A stretch of 62,475 bases of DNA, the filler included, from Platydemus manokwari (lineage: Eukaryota): assembly GCA_037951405.1 (NCBI GenBank). It is 5 parts of 5 records of this genome, joined end to end, with 100 filler letters (N's around TTAATTAATTAA, not from the genome) between each part and the next. Parts side by side here need not be neighbours in the genome. Positions count along the whole stretch, not along the records: positions 19,834 to 40,365 come from JBBMOY011544744.1; positions 40,466 to 53,064 come from JBBMOY010060013.1; 3 more parts are not named here. The stretch is one strand, 5' to 3'. Positions 29,001 through 42,208 of the stretch are shown piece after piece (within the stretch, counting starts at the first letter, position 1; the number at the start of each line of letters is the position of its first letter). Under the pieces are notes generated by a model, which did not search any database, had not been told where the DNA came from, and was given only the letters and a program-made list of their open reading frames with translations. A program made the position numbers and the translations under genes.

Positions 29001-31337
29001 CGTATGTATGTGTGTATATTTGGTTATCGAATGAAAATGCTCTATTGGTGATAAGAAACAATCTTAGAAATTGGACAATTGATTATGGTGTATGTAAACA
29101 TAATTTTATTTGATATTAACAATTATATACTTATACAGGTGTGTGTTTGTGTGTGTGTCGGAAAATAATTTTAATTAAAAATTTAATTTCATTTAATTAA
29201 ATTAAAACATCAAGTGAAATTATTATTTCAATAATTTTGATTGTTTAAAATAGACATATATTATTTTTCGGGTACCATTTTATATTGATTAAAAATGCTT
29301 ACTTAGGATTAAAACCACATTTCATTGCCAATTGTCTTATCAATTTAATTTTAATTTGGTTATGCATTTCGTATTATTATTGTTGATATCATTTTCTGCA
29401 AACATTTCTCAGATAATTTAAAGGAAATAATTAGAAGATATCAATTATACGATTCTATCAGGCAGATATGCAAATGGAACACAATTCACTAGAATTTACT
29501 ATTTTCGATTCAAATCAATGGGTTAGCAAAAGTTTTTTTTTCAGTCAGGAATACTTAGCATTTTTGGTTCTATATATATCTTTATCACCTCTAACAAATC
29601 CATATTATATAATTATTTATTTATATCTAATCTCGATGTCATGGTATTGGTTAATATTTAAACTGGAGGCTTTGTCCGATTTCCACGTCATTGGTTTGTT
29701 TGTACTTTGTGTTTGATAAATTTTATAGTCTTTTACTACCCTTAACACCCTTTCAAATGTTGATAACATCACTTATAGGTGCGAATTGATATCTGAGAAA
29801 ATCGATGGCACCAAGTTAATAAATTAAATTCTTTAATTATTGATGTAAAATTTTAATTTTAAATCCTTAATAATCTTACTACACACACCCATTATAATTT
29901 TATTATTTTCCCGTATGTCGTTCGAAATTTTTTTAAAAAAACATCTATTACACCGAAAATCTTTTAAATAATTTTCTTTTCTTTTAGTGATTTAATGTAA
30001 ATTCCAAGTGTCACGTTTTCTCGCATGAAATATTTTTTTAGATCTATTGATCTTTCCCCGATCTTATTCAATATCGGTTAACAGTTGAACACACAATTTT
30101 GAAAATAGTGATTAATGAACTCCGCGAACCATTGGCATTATTTTCTTGTCTGAAGCCGAATTATTTTTTTTCTGCATCAAAATATACAGCAAGCAAATAT
30201 TAGAAAGACACACTTGTAGTTGCATCAAATTTTGTGACACGAAAATGATCACGTGAAGATATTATTTGCAAGTGTAGGCATTTTGATGAATTAAAATCTG
30301 AGATGATAATTGTTTTTTTGAGATAATCAGAAATGATCAATTGATATGGCTGTTATAATGGATTTTAAACAGCGTTGAAAAGATCTATGATTTTCACAGA
30401 TATTTGTTCTTACTCTTCACTAATTTATGTAAAAATAGCTTATTTATTTACTTAGATTCACCATGAAATTGCTAATATGCATGAATCTGGAAGATTTTCT
30501 GATAAAGCACAGCAAGATGAATCTATTGATTGGGCTGCAGTATTATATCACGAAGATGTTGCTGCCAGTCTCAATTGTTTGGAAGCGATGTTGAATATGA
30601 GTAACTATTTTCTCCGATGGCCATCTAGGGATCTTTTGAAAGATTGTCCCATCCAGGTATTTGGTTTTAGATTTAATTTGGGCTCTTTTTAATAAATGGA
30701 CTGTTCGATTCTGCTTCATTGAAAACACTACGAAATCTGTGTTTTATGGAATCATTTGTTGATATTGATTGATCAACAGCGTTAAAAATTTCATTTTCAT
30801 TACGGAGAATTTCATTTTTTTCTGATTTATGTGTCTACTTTTTTCTCTCAAAATTTTACCTTTATCTATCAATTAGGCGGATCCCGAAATGGAATTCAAA
30901 GGTTGGATTTTTCTTACAAAAGCGGCTGATGCTGGACATCGACCATCCATAATGGCTTTGGCAGACGCCAATGACGTTGCTTTAAGTAAATCTCACGGAC
31001 GTGATCCAGACTGGAGTTCGGTGATTCATTGGCTCGAGAGAACATTGGAAACTATAGATCAGTCCGATGCAAACGGTGAATTTGATTCAACGAATGAAAA
31101 TCCATCGTACATTGTCAAAGCTAGAATGGCATCTATGCTTAGAACTGGAGGTTATGGATTAGAGAAAGATATCGAGCGAGCAGGTATTGTTCATTAGGCG
31201 GTATTTTATTTCATATCTAACTTACTCAAGCTGAATTATACTCGGAAGCTGCCGATGAAGCTACCGCCGCCATGAAAGGCCGTTTAGCATCGAAATACTA
31301 CGAGTTGTCGGAAGAGGTATATGGGGAAATGGAATAA
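23034..31337 (+). CDS. EEF2K: Eukaryotic elongation factor 2 kinase (alpha-kinase), 3' partial, 7 exons
   Basis: Exons 23034-23180, 23228-23488, 24368-24709, 27713-27820, 30456-30656, 30877-31183 and 31231-31337; all introns GT-AG with compatible phases. Kinase motifs: EHFIEGNYIKYNSNSGFV, TPQ/AFSHYTFERSGHELIVVDIQGVGDLYTDPQIHT, GNGNLG, HSHKCNNVC. Then an acidic linker, SILGE/IH, a SEL1-like helical region and the C-terminus AMKGRLASKYYELSEE. N-terminal exons not found in this segment. Confidence 0.96.
23884..24221 (+). mobile_element. Possible solo LTR in an eEF2K intron
   Basis: TGTGGAAGGG...CCCTACA termini, internal TATAAA; flanks taaa/taag. Confidence 0.4.
24975..25120 (+). repeat. Dispersed repeat family C, copy 2
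   Basis: Homologous to 2020-2170 (tgtaagccgctac...gaaaagacacggtagccaattatatttaaat). Confidence 0.6.
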
Positions 31338-31744
31338 ATAATATTGATTATCGAATTTTATCCTACATTTCATCAAAAATATTTGGTATTGAAATTGTGT
31401 AAAGCTTTATTATGTATTCCCATTAGTTTTATATTCATTTTTACGAAATATAATTTGTATCATAAAATGAAATCTTTCCCGAAAATTTTATCGATTTTCA
31501 AGAATTTAAAAAATTTATAAAAGTAGAGCCAGTGTTTAGTGGTTTGTAATGTTTGTTGACATTTAAAACCGATTTTAAAGATAGCATTTCAAATAAAACA
31601 TTATACAGGTTATTTTCAATCTAATGGTCTTTGTTTCTGTTTTCATTTCTTCTCTTTTCAGATTTCGCAATTTTCAGGCTAGCTTCAAATATGGGTTTGA
31701 GAAAACCAGATATTTTAGTTTAGGTAATGTGTTTGTTTGAATTA

Positions 31745-31960
31745 CCATATTATTTCCGGACTATAAGGCGCACCCTAACTATGAGTTGACTGATTCATAT
31801 ATTAAATTAAATTAAAAATATATAGCAAGATTTAATGCTCTTCATCTGAAATGTCACATTCGCTTATATTAACATCATCACCATCTTTTTTTCAATGTTC
31901 CAGCCTTAATAAATCCTAAAAATCTGTTTTAAGGTGTGCCTTATAGCCCGGAAAATACGG
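31745..31960. mobile_element. pogo-like MITE, 216 bp
   Basis: TIRs ccatattatttccggactataaggcgcacc / ggtgtgccttatagcccggaaaatacgg, flanked by TA on both sides. Confidence 0.8.
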
Positions 31961-32930
31961 TAGATATGGATCTTTTGGAATCAGGAACTTGGATACCTTT
32001 ATTGATTTTCTACAATTTGTATTGAGTTTATTTACATGTAATAATCTGATACAAATTCTTTTTCTCAATTCAAACAGAAAATAACATTAATTGATCTGAA
32101 TAATTGAAAATGCTATTTTATCCAAATCGATTCAAGACTTCTATGTTATTTCAAAGTTCTGGTTCCAAATCAGATAAAATCGTTTTTGGAATCAGAAGCC
32201 AAAATATTGAGTTTTATCAATAAAATTATCTTTTAAATATATCAGAAGACAAACAATCAGTCGATTTTCTTGCGAAGGTCAATATGATTTTTCTTCCATT
32301 TTTCGAATAACTGATGAATGTAAATTTCTGTTCTCTGTATTTCAAGGGCTATAATAGCCTCTTCTAATTTTCAGGGTTGACCCATCAGGCACGTTAATAA
32401 GCTCTCCGATGTGAATCTTGTGCCATATTAGGCATCTGTTTTGTGTGTTAAATTATTCATTTAATATTGCATTATTTATTTCAATGGGCAGTTTTTTATT
32501 TACATATTTTTGTTGTGATTCGTGCACATACCATAAATTATTATCATTGATTATCTTTAACTCCTATTTTATATTATTTATGAGCTAATTATGTAACTCA
32601 TGTATAATTCAAAGGCTAATATGCAGCTTGTATACTTTTTAATTCTTAAATAATTGTATAATGTAGTTAAATAATCGATTGTATTCCATTGTTTTAATGA
32701 TTATATTTTTTCTGTTTTATTCATAATTACTATTATTTGAGTTTTACTGCATTTTAATGCTGAACACTAACATAAGCCTAATTAGCAAAATTATCAATTA
32801 ATTCAATTGAAATAGACAGTGTTATTTTGTAGCTCATTTTGAATTTAACAAATATTTATTAGCGAAATGCTGCGAACATTATATTGATTCATTTTCGATT
32901 TTTTATGTAGAAAGTCAAAGTTTGAAATTT

Positions 32931-33832
32931 TGTGATGGGTTTTGGGGCTTGTGCATTTTTGTTTTTTGATCTTATCAGTCTCTAATTTAGCTCTTTGAAG
33001 ATCATTGTCGTCTTGATCAGTCTTAGTAATCAAGCCCAATGTATAATTTATAAACCTTTTTATTTCCTTTTTTACCTCACAATCAATACTATATGAAGGT
33101 AGTATGATCGGCAACAATGTCCTGATTGAATTAAATCCTATCAATATCAAATTATACCTTAACTTATTTCCTATTTGATCTATTTCACTCCAATTAATAA
33201 CACGCTTTAATTACACTAATGATTATTATTAAAACACTGATATAGTAAATGACAGGAAAATTACAATAAGCAAATTGATTTTAAGCTACAATAATTTAAG
33301 CACTGAATAAAAAATTACTAGACGATGAAAACTTAACAATTTCCGGAATAAGCACCGTTCAATTGTTTCCTAATTTTGGAGCAAAACTAAATTACCCTTA
33401 AGAGTGCTGTTTGAGACAAAGCTCGATAATAAAATGATATAACCATAAACTATATAGTAACAATCAGTAGCTTACACTAAAATCGAACTTACGTTAGTTG
33501 CAAATGTCTTCGGAGAATGTCCTCTGTAAAAATGGCATATACTGATTTCGGGCAATAATACGCAATACGTCTTGTAGTTTCCAATAACTAGTGGAGCCGT
33601 TTTGTCCACTGATTTTATCCCTTATACATAATATTCGATATGCAAGCTTTTATTGTCACTTTATTTTATTTCGATACAATTTTCCAACAACTCTCAAGGG
33701 ATTTCAGTTTATTTCGAATTAAATTATTTCTCCTTCTGGAAAATTATTGTTGCTTATTATTAATACCGAAATTATAATATTTTTAATAATAATGGTTTTT
33801 ATCTATCAACTGATTTTCATAATGTTGTTACA
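32931..33832 (-). mobile_element. LTR-like family B
   Basis: TG...CA ends (TGTAACA...CCCATCACA on minus). Blocks cttatcagtctcta, gtcgtcttga, atcaatactatatg and ctagacgatga are colinear with 50010-50668. Confidence 0.6.
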
Positions 33833-34074
33833 TGACATTATATTTTTTTAATAAATAATTAAAGTTAATTTTTATAATTATTATCTACCTTAACAAATTA
33901 TTCATTCCTTTTTTGCTAAGCTTTCACATAAAAGAATTATAAAATGTTATTTCGATAAAAATTGTTACATTAAATATACCATCCAGAACTATTATGATAG
34001 TCAATGTCACGAATAATAAAATACATTGGCTAATTGATACATTTTCAATTCAAGCCAGATGAAAATATTACTAC

Positions 34075-34295
34075 TGTTGGGTTGTGTATGATGTTTCTTG
34101 TTGTTTTTAATGGTCAACTCAACAGCGTGAGTTTTTTAATATGATTTTTTTATAATTATATTAAATGACAAACAAATTAGATTATTTGTTTATTTGTAAA
34201 ACAAATTGATTAACAGCAAATTATTCAAATCAAACTGTTAGGTTCAGGCCTTATTGGTTTTATCGTTTTATTAAGCTTAATGTTATTTGATACCA
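34075..34295 (-). mobile_element. Short family-A LTR derivative, 221 bp
   Basis: On minus reads TGGTATCA...catacacaacccAACA and is flanked by a perfect 4-bp duplication CTAC (34071-34074, 34296-34299). Confidence 0.65.
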
Positions 34296-35160
34296 CTACT
34301 GTCTTAATCAGTTTCTATGAACTCTTGTTTAAGGCCACAGGTGTAATCTACCTTATGTTCATGTTCCTTCACGTCGCACAACCTTATTACGTGAAGACAA
34401 TAGGTTTGGCAGTAGTGATATATTTAAATTAACTTAATTGTCAGTCTCAAATTATTTAAACTGTTGACTATGTTAATATCAATGATAATGAATACTGATT
34501 TATGTACCCTATATGAATAAGAACTCAAATATTTATTAAAAATTAACATCAATACAAAAACTGATTAACAATAATAAAATAAAAATTATAAATTAATTTT
34601 AAAACTATACTATACATCAACTTACAGTTATAATATACCTTACAATTCCTGCATAAAGAAATGGTAACTTACTCCCACTAGCGGAGCAGAACGAATTACC
34701 TTCAAGATTTTTGAGCAACAAACTTCATTATAGGAAATAAAACGATGCGATATACAATTGTGTATAAATATTTTAAAAATTAATTTATTATTTTAGGGAA
34801 TTTCGACCGACTTGGTCGGGGTGGGTTTACTGATTTTATTATTTTACGTACATATAGATAATAATTATATTAAATACCAAGATTTCGAGTTGATTTTTGC
34901 TCAAATATTCCAAAGTTGTTAAAATATAAAAAATACATGGCGATTAAATAAAAATTTATGCAATAAAAATTAATGCACATTTCATACGTATTGCCATGCA
35001 TTGTTATAAAAATGTATACAGTGTTACATATAGTTTTTTAGTGTAAATTAATTGTTGTATTAAATATTTTTATTTGGTGGTCGATTTATTTTAACTATAT
35101 CTGGTTCGCAGGGGCTTCAGTAACCGGTATGAGAACCAAGTTACCGGTAAAATTATGAAT

Positions 35161-35230
35161 TTAGACTGAAGATAAGCGTGCAGAGGAACTGATGTTGCTC
35201 TGAGCCTGAAACGATGAAAATCGTAAATCT
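35161..35230 (+). ncRNA. Hammerhead ribozyme-like motif (type I topology, partly degenerate)
   Basis: CUGAAGA at 35166-35172; long stem II containing CAGAG/CUCUG and AAC/GUU; GAAA at 35208-35211; perfect stem III ACGAU-GAAA-AUCGU, then A17 giving a GUA cleavage triplet at 35223-35225. Stem I (AGA/UCU) is offset by 2 nt. Confidence 0.45.
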
Positions 35231-36391
35231 CGAATGAAATCGAGTTGATTTAAAATATCGTTATCATTTTAAAAGAATTAAAAAATATTTCCTTTGAGGT
35301 CGAAAATGTAATTAGTATCTCCTGAACTAATATAACTGAACACAATGTTTGAGACGAAAACTTTTATTGAAAGCGAAAACAGAACAATTATTATAATCAA
35401 AAATAACAAAAAGATTTTGCAAAATAACCAGTATCTCGCCTGAGTGATTAACCGGCAAATTCTTAAGACGGACTAAGCAGATTATTAATGAAAATGGGAG
35501 ATCTTAATTGCCAACATTCACGCCTAATAATATAAAAATATTATTACTATTAGGAAATTTTGTGATAACGTTACAATATTATTATAATTATGAAACTTTG
35601 TGAATGGAATAATAACTGTTTAATAACTGAATAATAACTCAATAACTGTTTAAGTTTTCGTAAAAAATGATGATGAAAAACAAATCAACACATGATGCTT
35701 ACTGTTATCTGTGTAGTCGATCAAAACTCGCTGTTCAATATAACGTTCATCCCCACTATTCTTGCTCGAAATGGTCAAGAAAATTGACGTCTAATTGTGA
35801 AGTCAGTCCACGTGATATTCGTTTGAAATAATAGCTATCAGGTTCTGTATTCTCGTAAGATGACAATCACCTGCATCGAATGACAAAACTGGGTGTCCGA
35901 CTGAAATTGTCAGTGGTATTTATAGTCAATGTTTTTCCGCCTCCGTCTATCTTGCTTTACTTGACTTAATTAATTATGCTAATTCTTAACCTAATTATTC
36001 TATCTTATTTGCTTAATTTATTTACATTGCCTTATTTTATAATTTCTAATAATTGTCTTAGTTTATAATTTTTATATCTATCTTACTTATTTTATTCTAT
36101 CATCTATTATTTCCTTATCTATTTATTTCTAGTATTTATTATTTACCTATTTATTTCTTATTCACAATTTACTTTTATATATTTTTATTAGTTTATCATT
36201 TCTCCCTCCTTCACCATCTACTCCGCCCTTGTACAATTAAATTACACATAAACATTCATAATGCCAGATTAAACATAAATAATCATAATAATATATGAAT
36301 TGTCAAACACAACAATTGTTTATTATAGGAACACATGGAATAAGAAATAATTGTTTATTAAGAGTTCATCAAATGAACACAGTTTGAATAT

Positions 36392-36961
36392 TGTTGGGTA
36401 TGGCTTTGGCTGCTGCTGATGTTCTGTTTTTCGCTCTGGTAGTCCACAATCAAGGTATACACAGTCTTGGAATTTTATTGTACAGCGGGATTATATGTAT
36501 TGGGTATGTGGTTGTAATGCTTTTGCGATTTTTGAGTTATGTACAATATGGGATGGGGTTGAGATCCAACAGTTGGATCGAAACCCCAATAAATCTATTA
36601 GCTAGAACCAGAGATTTTATAAACAAGTAGGTTAAGTGATCTCAACGTGAATGTGAGAACTTATGTTCCTAACTTCTACAAATTTGAATATAGAATTTAA
36701 AATATTAGTTTCTTTGTTAATTATTATAATTAAATATTGATTATTATTATTAACACTCAAAGATTTATTGATTAATATGTTCTATGATTGGAAAGTTTAC
36801 CGATTGCTTTTCAAAGATTCTTTTCCAGTTTATTCAAAGCTTTAAAAACCGAATTTCATCAGCTAAATATTTAAGAGTGAATTGTGATGGAAATCCATCA
36901 GCTTATATAGATGCTGAGATTCGGCACTTATACAATTCAACCTCACCATCATTATATAACA
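36392..36961 (-). mobile_element. LTR-like family A copy (minus orientation)
   Basis: tgttggg terminus, plus the reverse complement of the conserved core (agagtgaattgtgatggaaatccatcagcttatatagatgctgagattcgg) at ~36874-36924. Confidence 0.6.
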
Positions 36962-38799
36962 CTGTCAATAAATAACACACTGCTAATAAAAACAACACAT
37001 ATATACCCATGTATAGTGTACACCATCTATTATATTCAGAAATTTAGTGCATATACCTATGTACAATATATACCCATGTATTACATACTCCTGACTATGG
37101 ATGAATGCAAATACAAAAGAAGAGCACAAAAGAAATACAATTCAGAATCAAAAAACAAGAGACAATATGATTTTAAAAAACTGCTTTGAAAATAAACAAT
37201 TTATTATATGTGAAGCAATTCAATATTTATGTTTTAAAGATAATTGTTTTGATAAGTGTTCAATTTTTATATTTATTTTATAGTAATTTTATATGCGTTG
37301 TGAATTTCATATTTTTTATATTTTTATGTAGAAAGCAGACGTACAAGAATTTTGGTAGATATAGAGACAATATAAAAGAAAAAAAAAGATAGTATAATAA
37401 AATAAACAATAGAAGAATAATAAAATAACACAATATAATTGTAATATAATAAAATAACATAATAGAATAATAAAATAATATGACGGCATAATAGTGCAAG
37501 AAAATAAACCAAAATAAGATGAAGAAAAGGCCGAAAAGCGGAGGCTGTGAAATGGTCGGAAAATAATATATGGGGGCCACGTGGGCACTTTAAAATAGTA
37601 GCAGTTATGCGGTATAAATACCGAACTGTAACCAATGCGAAAAACACCATAAAACACAACAAAAAAGAGACACGGTAAAATCACATTAAAAGAACGATAT
37701 TCAGAAACCATTAAGAAGCGAACAGGAAATTTGCACAGAAGAATATAGAAGACATTAATCATTGCCGACGGAATAAAATATTAACTAGGAGTAACCACAG
37801 CATCGCGAAAATTTCTTCAAATTACTTTGAGCAGAGTAAGAGTCGTTTATTTTGTTTAGATTAATTTTCATTATCACGCTATCTATTTAAGTAATTATTT
37901 AAATATCGATGATAACCTAATAACGTTTGCATTTAACAAGCTATTTAGTAAGAGCATTCATATTTAATAATTTATATATTAATAAGCCATTTCACAATCG
38001 TACAATTTCATTATTTTATATTGATCTGCCAAAATATCTTTCCTAATTACTAAACCCTGATCCGTCTACTTCGGACGTTGTAGGCTACTTGCTTAGGTAA
38101 CGCACTGACAATTGAATTAAATTTTTTTGTTATTTACTTCGACTATTGTTATATTTTGTTTCCAAATATATTATTCTGTAATGATCGTCTTACGTTGACT
38201 TTTTCTGAAGACATAGGGCGTCGAACATTTGTAATAATCAAATTGACATCACACCATAAATAATAATTGAATTAACTTCAGATTTCCACAATCTATATAG
38301 CCCTTCACTATAATTTATTTAAATTTGGTTAGGGTATTATTTGTCTTCACAAGACCTTTAGAATCATTGAGCAACTTTTCCAATAGTGTGGTCATAATAC
38401 CCGTTATTGAAGCCCCTTAGAGCCAGTGTAAGTCTAAGGCGTGATCGACAAATATAAACAGAGAGTGATAATAGTGAATCCAAATCACGACAAACACATA
38501 AATTATTTAATAAATTATTTAATATATTAATTTGGTTGACATTATAAATTTTTATCATATAAATTGTCTATCTTAAAAATTAATTATTTAATTTCCTTTC
38601 ATTCATTATCTATTTCCAAATATAATTGTTTGATTTATAAATAATAATATATAATTTGTTTACAAATTTATTTTCAGACCTTTTTTACAAATAAAAATCA
38701 TAAAAATTGCCATAATAAAAATTAGAAAAATGTCAACAAAAAATTCAATCAATTGTCATAAATTCATTACCAGAGTTATCAGATCACAAAATCACAAGT

Positions 38800-39249
38800 A
38801 AATACTCAAGAGAAAATGATTCTGGATTGTTGAATCGAATGAATGAATTCGGAGCAGCAAATGTGGAATTCCTGTTGACAATCAGACATCCAAATCCACA
38901 CTTTAGTTTCTCATACTCAAGTCTCCCATTTCCTGTTTGGTTTCACTGGTGCTGTGGGTTTCGGCTTCTTAATGAGCGGCGCAGTAGGCTTTTTAAATTC
39001 ATGTGATTGGGATGATGTTGTTTGGTGTTGTTCGAATTTTTTCCCCGATGTTCTGCTCTTCGCTTCAGCATATGAACTGACGGTAATGGAAGCATTTTCC
39101 TCCTTACTCTCCTCACTATCTGAGTAGAGCACTAGCTGGTAAATGCTTTCCCAACATTGTAATGTACATAAATTGTTGCAAATATACCCCAATGTTATCA
39201 AAATTGTTATTTTGTAATTTATTTTATCATCACGATTTTCCAAAGTCAA
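38800..39249 (-). pseudogene. Decayed ORF of an unknown repeated protein family, copy 1
   Basis: Shares CWES, SEES, TVSSY, FKKP, TAPVKPN, KWET and V(W)IW in order with the plus-strand copy at ~57520-58010. Confidence 0.65.
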
Positions 39250-40365
39250 AACATTTGTAAAAATTTTATTTGCTTTTATTCAATCTAATTATCTACTTGC
39301 TTTACTTTTACAATAAAAACAACATTGTTGATGATAGGAGATCTAGTTCATTCTCAGAAAAGGCATATGTTGATTGTCATTATTATTAAACTGAACTGAG
39401 GGAAACTTTGTATAGCATAATAATAACAATTTTCCTGATAAAGTAGAAAGTCATCTCTCTCAGAGATAGAATTTGTTCTGACAATTGCAAAACTAAACCT
39501 CAAGAAGAAGAAATTTGATGACTTTGTTGTCAGTAAAAATTCCGAATAAGTTCAATTTTGCTATTTAGGCAAACTGCTCCGCGCCATAATCGCATAAAAA
39601 ATTATAAGCTCAGTCTTACAGTTTGGTTAATTTGACACAAAATTGATCCAGGAAAATGTCACTTGTCGATTTTTCATAACTACAAATTTGAAGCACAAAT
39701 AATTATTTAGCTTAGTCTTACAAAGAATTTTCATTGCACATTGATTTGATGAAAATTCCAATATAAAGATACCATTGAGACATCATAAAAATAGCAGAAA
39801 TAAATAAAATATTTTTTTACTGATTTTACTACACCATTATTTTGATAGTTATATTTTAGAGTTCAGGTCACATCTATTAGCCAATACTTATTGAATAAAA
39901 ATGAATAACAAGACTCCTGACTCCAATATAGCGCATATTAATCAATATACAACCACAGTGTATTCATCTAAATCTGGCTTTCAACCGGCAGTCGACCATC
40001 TTTGCATTGATTTTTAAACTCGCGATCTGTGTGTATTTTTTGTGTCATGTTGTATTGTACTTTGATTCGGTGTTTGTTTTTCTGTGTTCTTATTGGATTT
40101 TTAGGTTCTTACACAAGTGGGATTGGCCAATCCCTATATATATTGTGGGGAACTAACCAGGCCATTTTGAGCCAGCCAAAATAACTAAAAAATAAGAATA
40201 AATTAATATACAAATTCTTTTTAAAAATTAAGAAAATAATTCATAAAATTTCTAAATTTGTTTTACTGTACCAAAATTAATCGACATTAAGGTCATTGAG
40301 TAAAATCACATTCAAATCTAAAAATAGATACAACGGTGCACGTAAAACTAAAATAACCACACTTG

Positions 40366-40465
40366 NNNNNNNNNNNNNNNNNNNNNNNNNNNNNNNNNNN
40401 NNNNNNNNNTTAATTAATTAANNNNNNNNNNNNNNNNNNNNNNNNNNNNNNNNNNNNNNNNNNNN
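40366..40465. other. Artificial contig spacer
   Basis: 44N-TTAATTAATTAA-44N. Confidence 0.98.
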
Positions 40466-41494
40466 CATCATTACACATTTGATCTGTCCATGGTATTCTC
40501 ATCATTCTTCTGTAAAACCACATCTATGCAGCATCCAAATAATTTCTCACTACCTTGCTAATTGTCCATGATTATGGTGTGAATTAATTGCATTCATTTC
40601 ATTTGTAAGTTATGATTTATTTCTTTATTGTTTATTTATAACATTTCATTAACTCACTTGCTTGATTTTCGCTTGATTTCGTTTTATTTGTGTTGATAAA
40701 TGTGGTTGTTATTTTTACTTCTCTTAGGTAATCCATTGTATTGTGTTGTATTTTGAATGAAATTCACATTTGATAAAGTTGCTCGAGCAAATTATTTTGA
40801 TTAACAATTCTTATATTGTTCATCTATTCAAATTTAATCATTATTAAAGATTTAAATCTTTATTCATGGAAAACCATTTTAATTTATTGATACAAATTCA
40901 ACGATGATGTAATAAAATCAATACTTAATGACTAATGAATAATTTATGTAATGACCCTGCTCCCACCATTACTGTCTTGGTGGGATAGGATTTCAAAAAT
41001 TAAAACAGAGGTACCAATGTCAAACACACCGAATGGCAAGTCGATAAAATGCATTTCATGCTCGATACTAAATTAGCATTTATCATTCTGTGAAAATGGA
41101 CATGAATATATCACATTGTTTTGGTTATCTAAGAATATCATTGAAAGATAATTCTGATGATTATAAATGATTGAAACTATTATAATATTCAAGTTGTTTC
41201 AGTTGTTTTAAGGAAAAATATTGAAAAGCAACTCTTGTTTAAATTTTGACAAAATATGAGCAAATAATCCAAATCTTCGCTATCCTTGAGAAATCACGTT
41301 TAATTTAAACAAGGAATTTATCAAATAATACAAATTGAATAAACCATGTTTATTGACCCGAATCATATTCATTTCCATGATTAATGACTATTTTATAAAT
41401 CAAAAATATTTTAATTATTTTATTTAGAAATAAAATAATATTATTAACTATCGAATTAGTTTATTTTTCAATTATGTTTTCATACGAATTTTAG

Positions 41495-42208
41495 CAACAA
41501 TCATCACATTTATTGCTTGGCAACAATCAGAATTCATTTACTGATTTAACCACTACCGGTGGCAATCAGCAAAATATTAATTTTGGTAATGGAATCTCAA
41601 ATGCGAATCCGCAGCTTATGCAGTCTTCTTACGCAAATTTTGGAGCCAACTCAGCAATCTCTGTGTCGCCATATCAAATGCCAGGTGAATATCAAAGTTT
41701 TAATTAGATGATATATCGGTTCTTGTATTAATTATTAAGCGCGTGTGACTTGAATTAATTAATGATTTATTATTATTTGGATTGATTAACAAATTTTATG
41801 ATTTTTCAATTGATTGATTCCATTCATTATTTATAAGGTATGATTCAAGCTTATACCCAGCCAACCGTCACAGATCATGGTAACTCGAATAATCCAATCA
41901 CTCAGAATGATTCTATCAATACTGCTGTAAATTTAAACACTAATCCCACTAGTGCATCATGTTTTCATTCTTCCAAAGCCAATAACAATAATAATGCCTT
42001 AACATTGAATTCCGTATCAAACAATCAAAATATATCAACGACATCATCGGTTGCATCGCTTTATCAGAATAATAATCCATTTGATTTACAATCCACTCAA
42101 ATATATGCACATCAAAGATTGTTACAAGCCCAACAACATCAACAAACTAATGCAGCAGGATTGTTTCCTGATTATGCAGCTGTGATGGCTCGATACGCTT
42201 ATCATTAA
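41495..42208 (+). CDS. Last two exons of an unidentified protein with an N/Q/S-rich low-complexity C-terminus
   Basis: Exons 41495-41684 and 41838-42208: acceptor ttttag at 41494 and a 153-nt phase-1 GT-AG intron join ORFs 41513-41707 and 41840-42208 in frame, ending AAGLFPDYAAVMARYAYH*. A ~0.9-kb U/GU-rich putative 3' UTR with AATAAA near 43085 follows. Confidence 0.8.

Noticed and set aside
18340-31337. In-frame PHF10 SAY domain - eEF2K alpha-kinase fusion gene (phase-0 donor at 18968, phase-0 acceptor at 23034)
   Set aside because: The parts are separated by an artificial spacer, each gene is simply truncated at a contig edge, and the kinase would lack its N-lobe. Most likely a concatenation artefact.
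34805-34835. Helitron-like 3' hairpin (CGACC-gactt-GGTCG)
   Set aside because: No intact CTRR terminus and no identifiable 5' TC end.
37101-37762. Cluster of overlapping hydrophobic ORFs (37278-37580, 37316-37762, 37324-37662)
   Set aside because: Produced by low-complexity A-rich (AAT/AATA) sequence in an LTR-like repeat; Y/F/I/L bias and no domain motifs.
38205-38235. CTGAAGA-catagggcgtc-GAAC minimal hammerhead candidate (similar case CTGATGA...GAAA at ~41154)
   Set aside because: GAAA core broken or stems I and III unsupported; expected by chance in AT-rich DNA.
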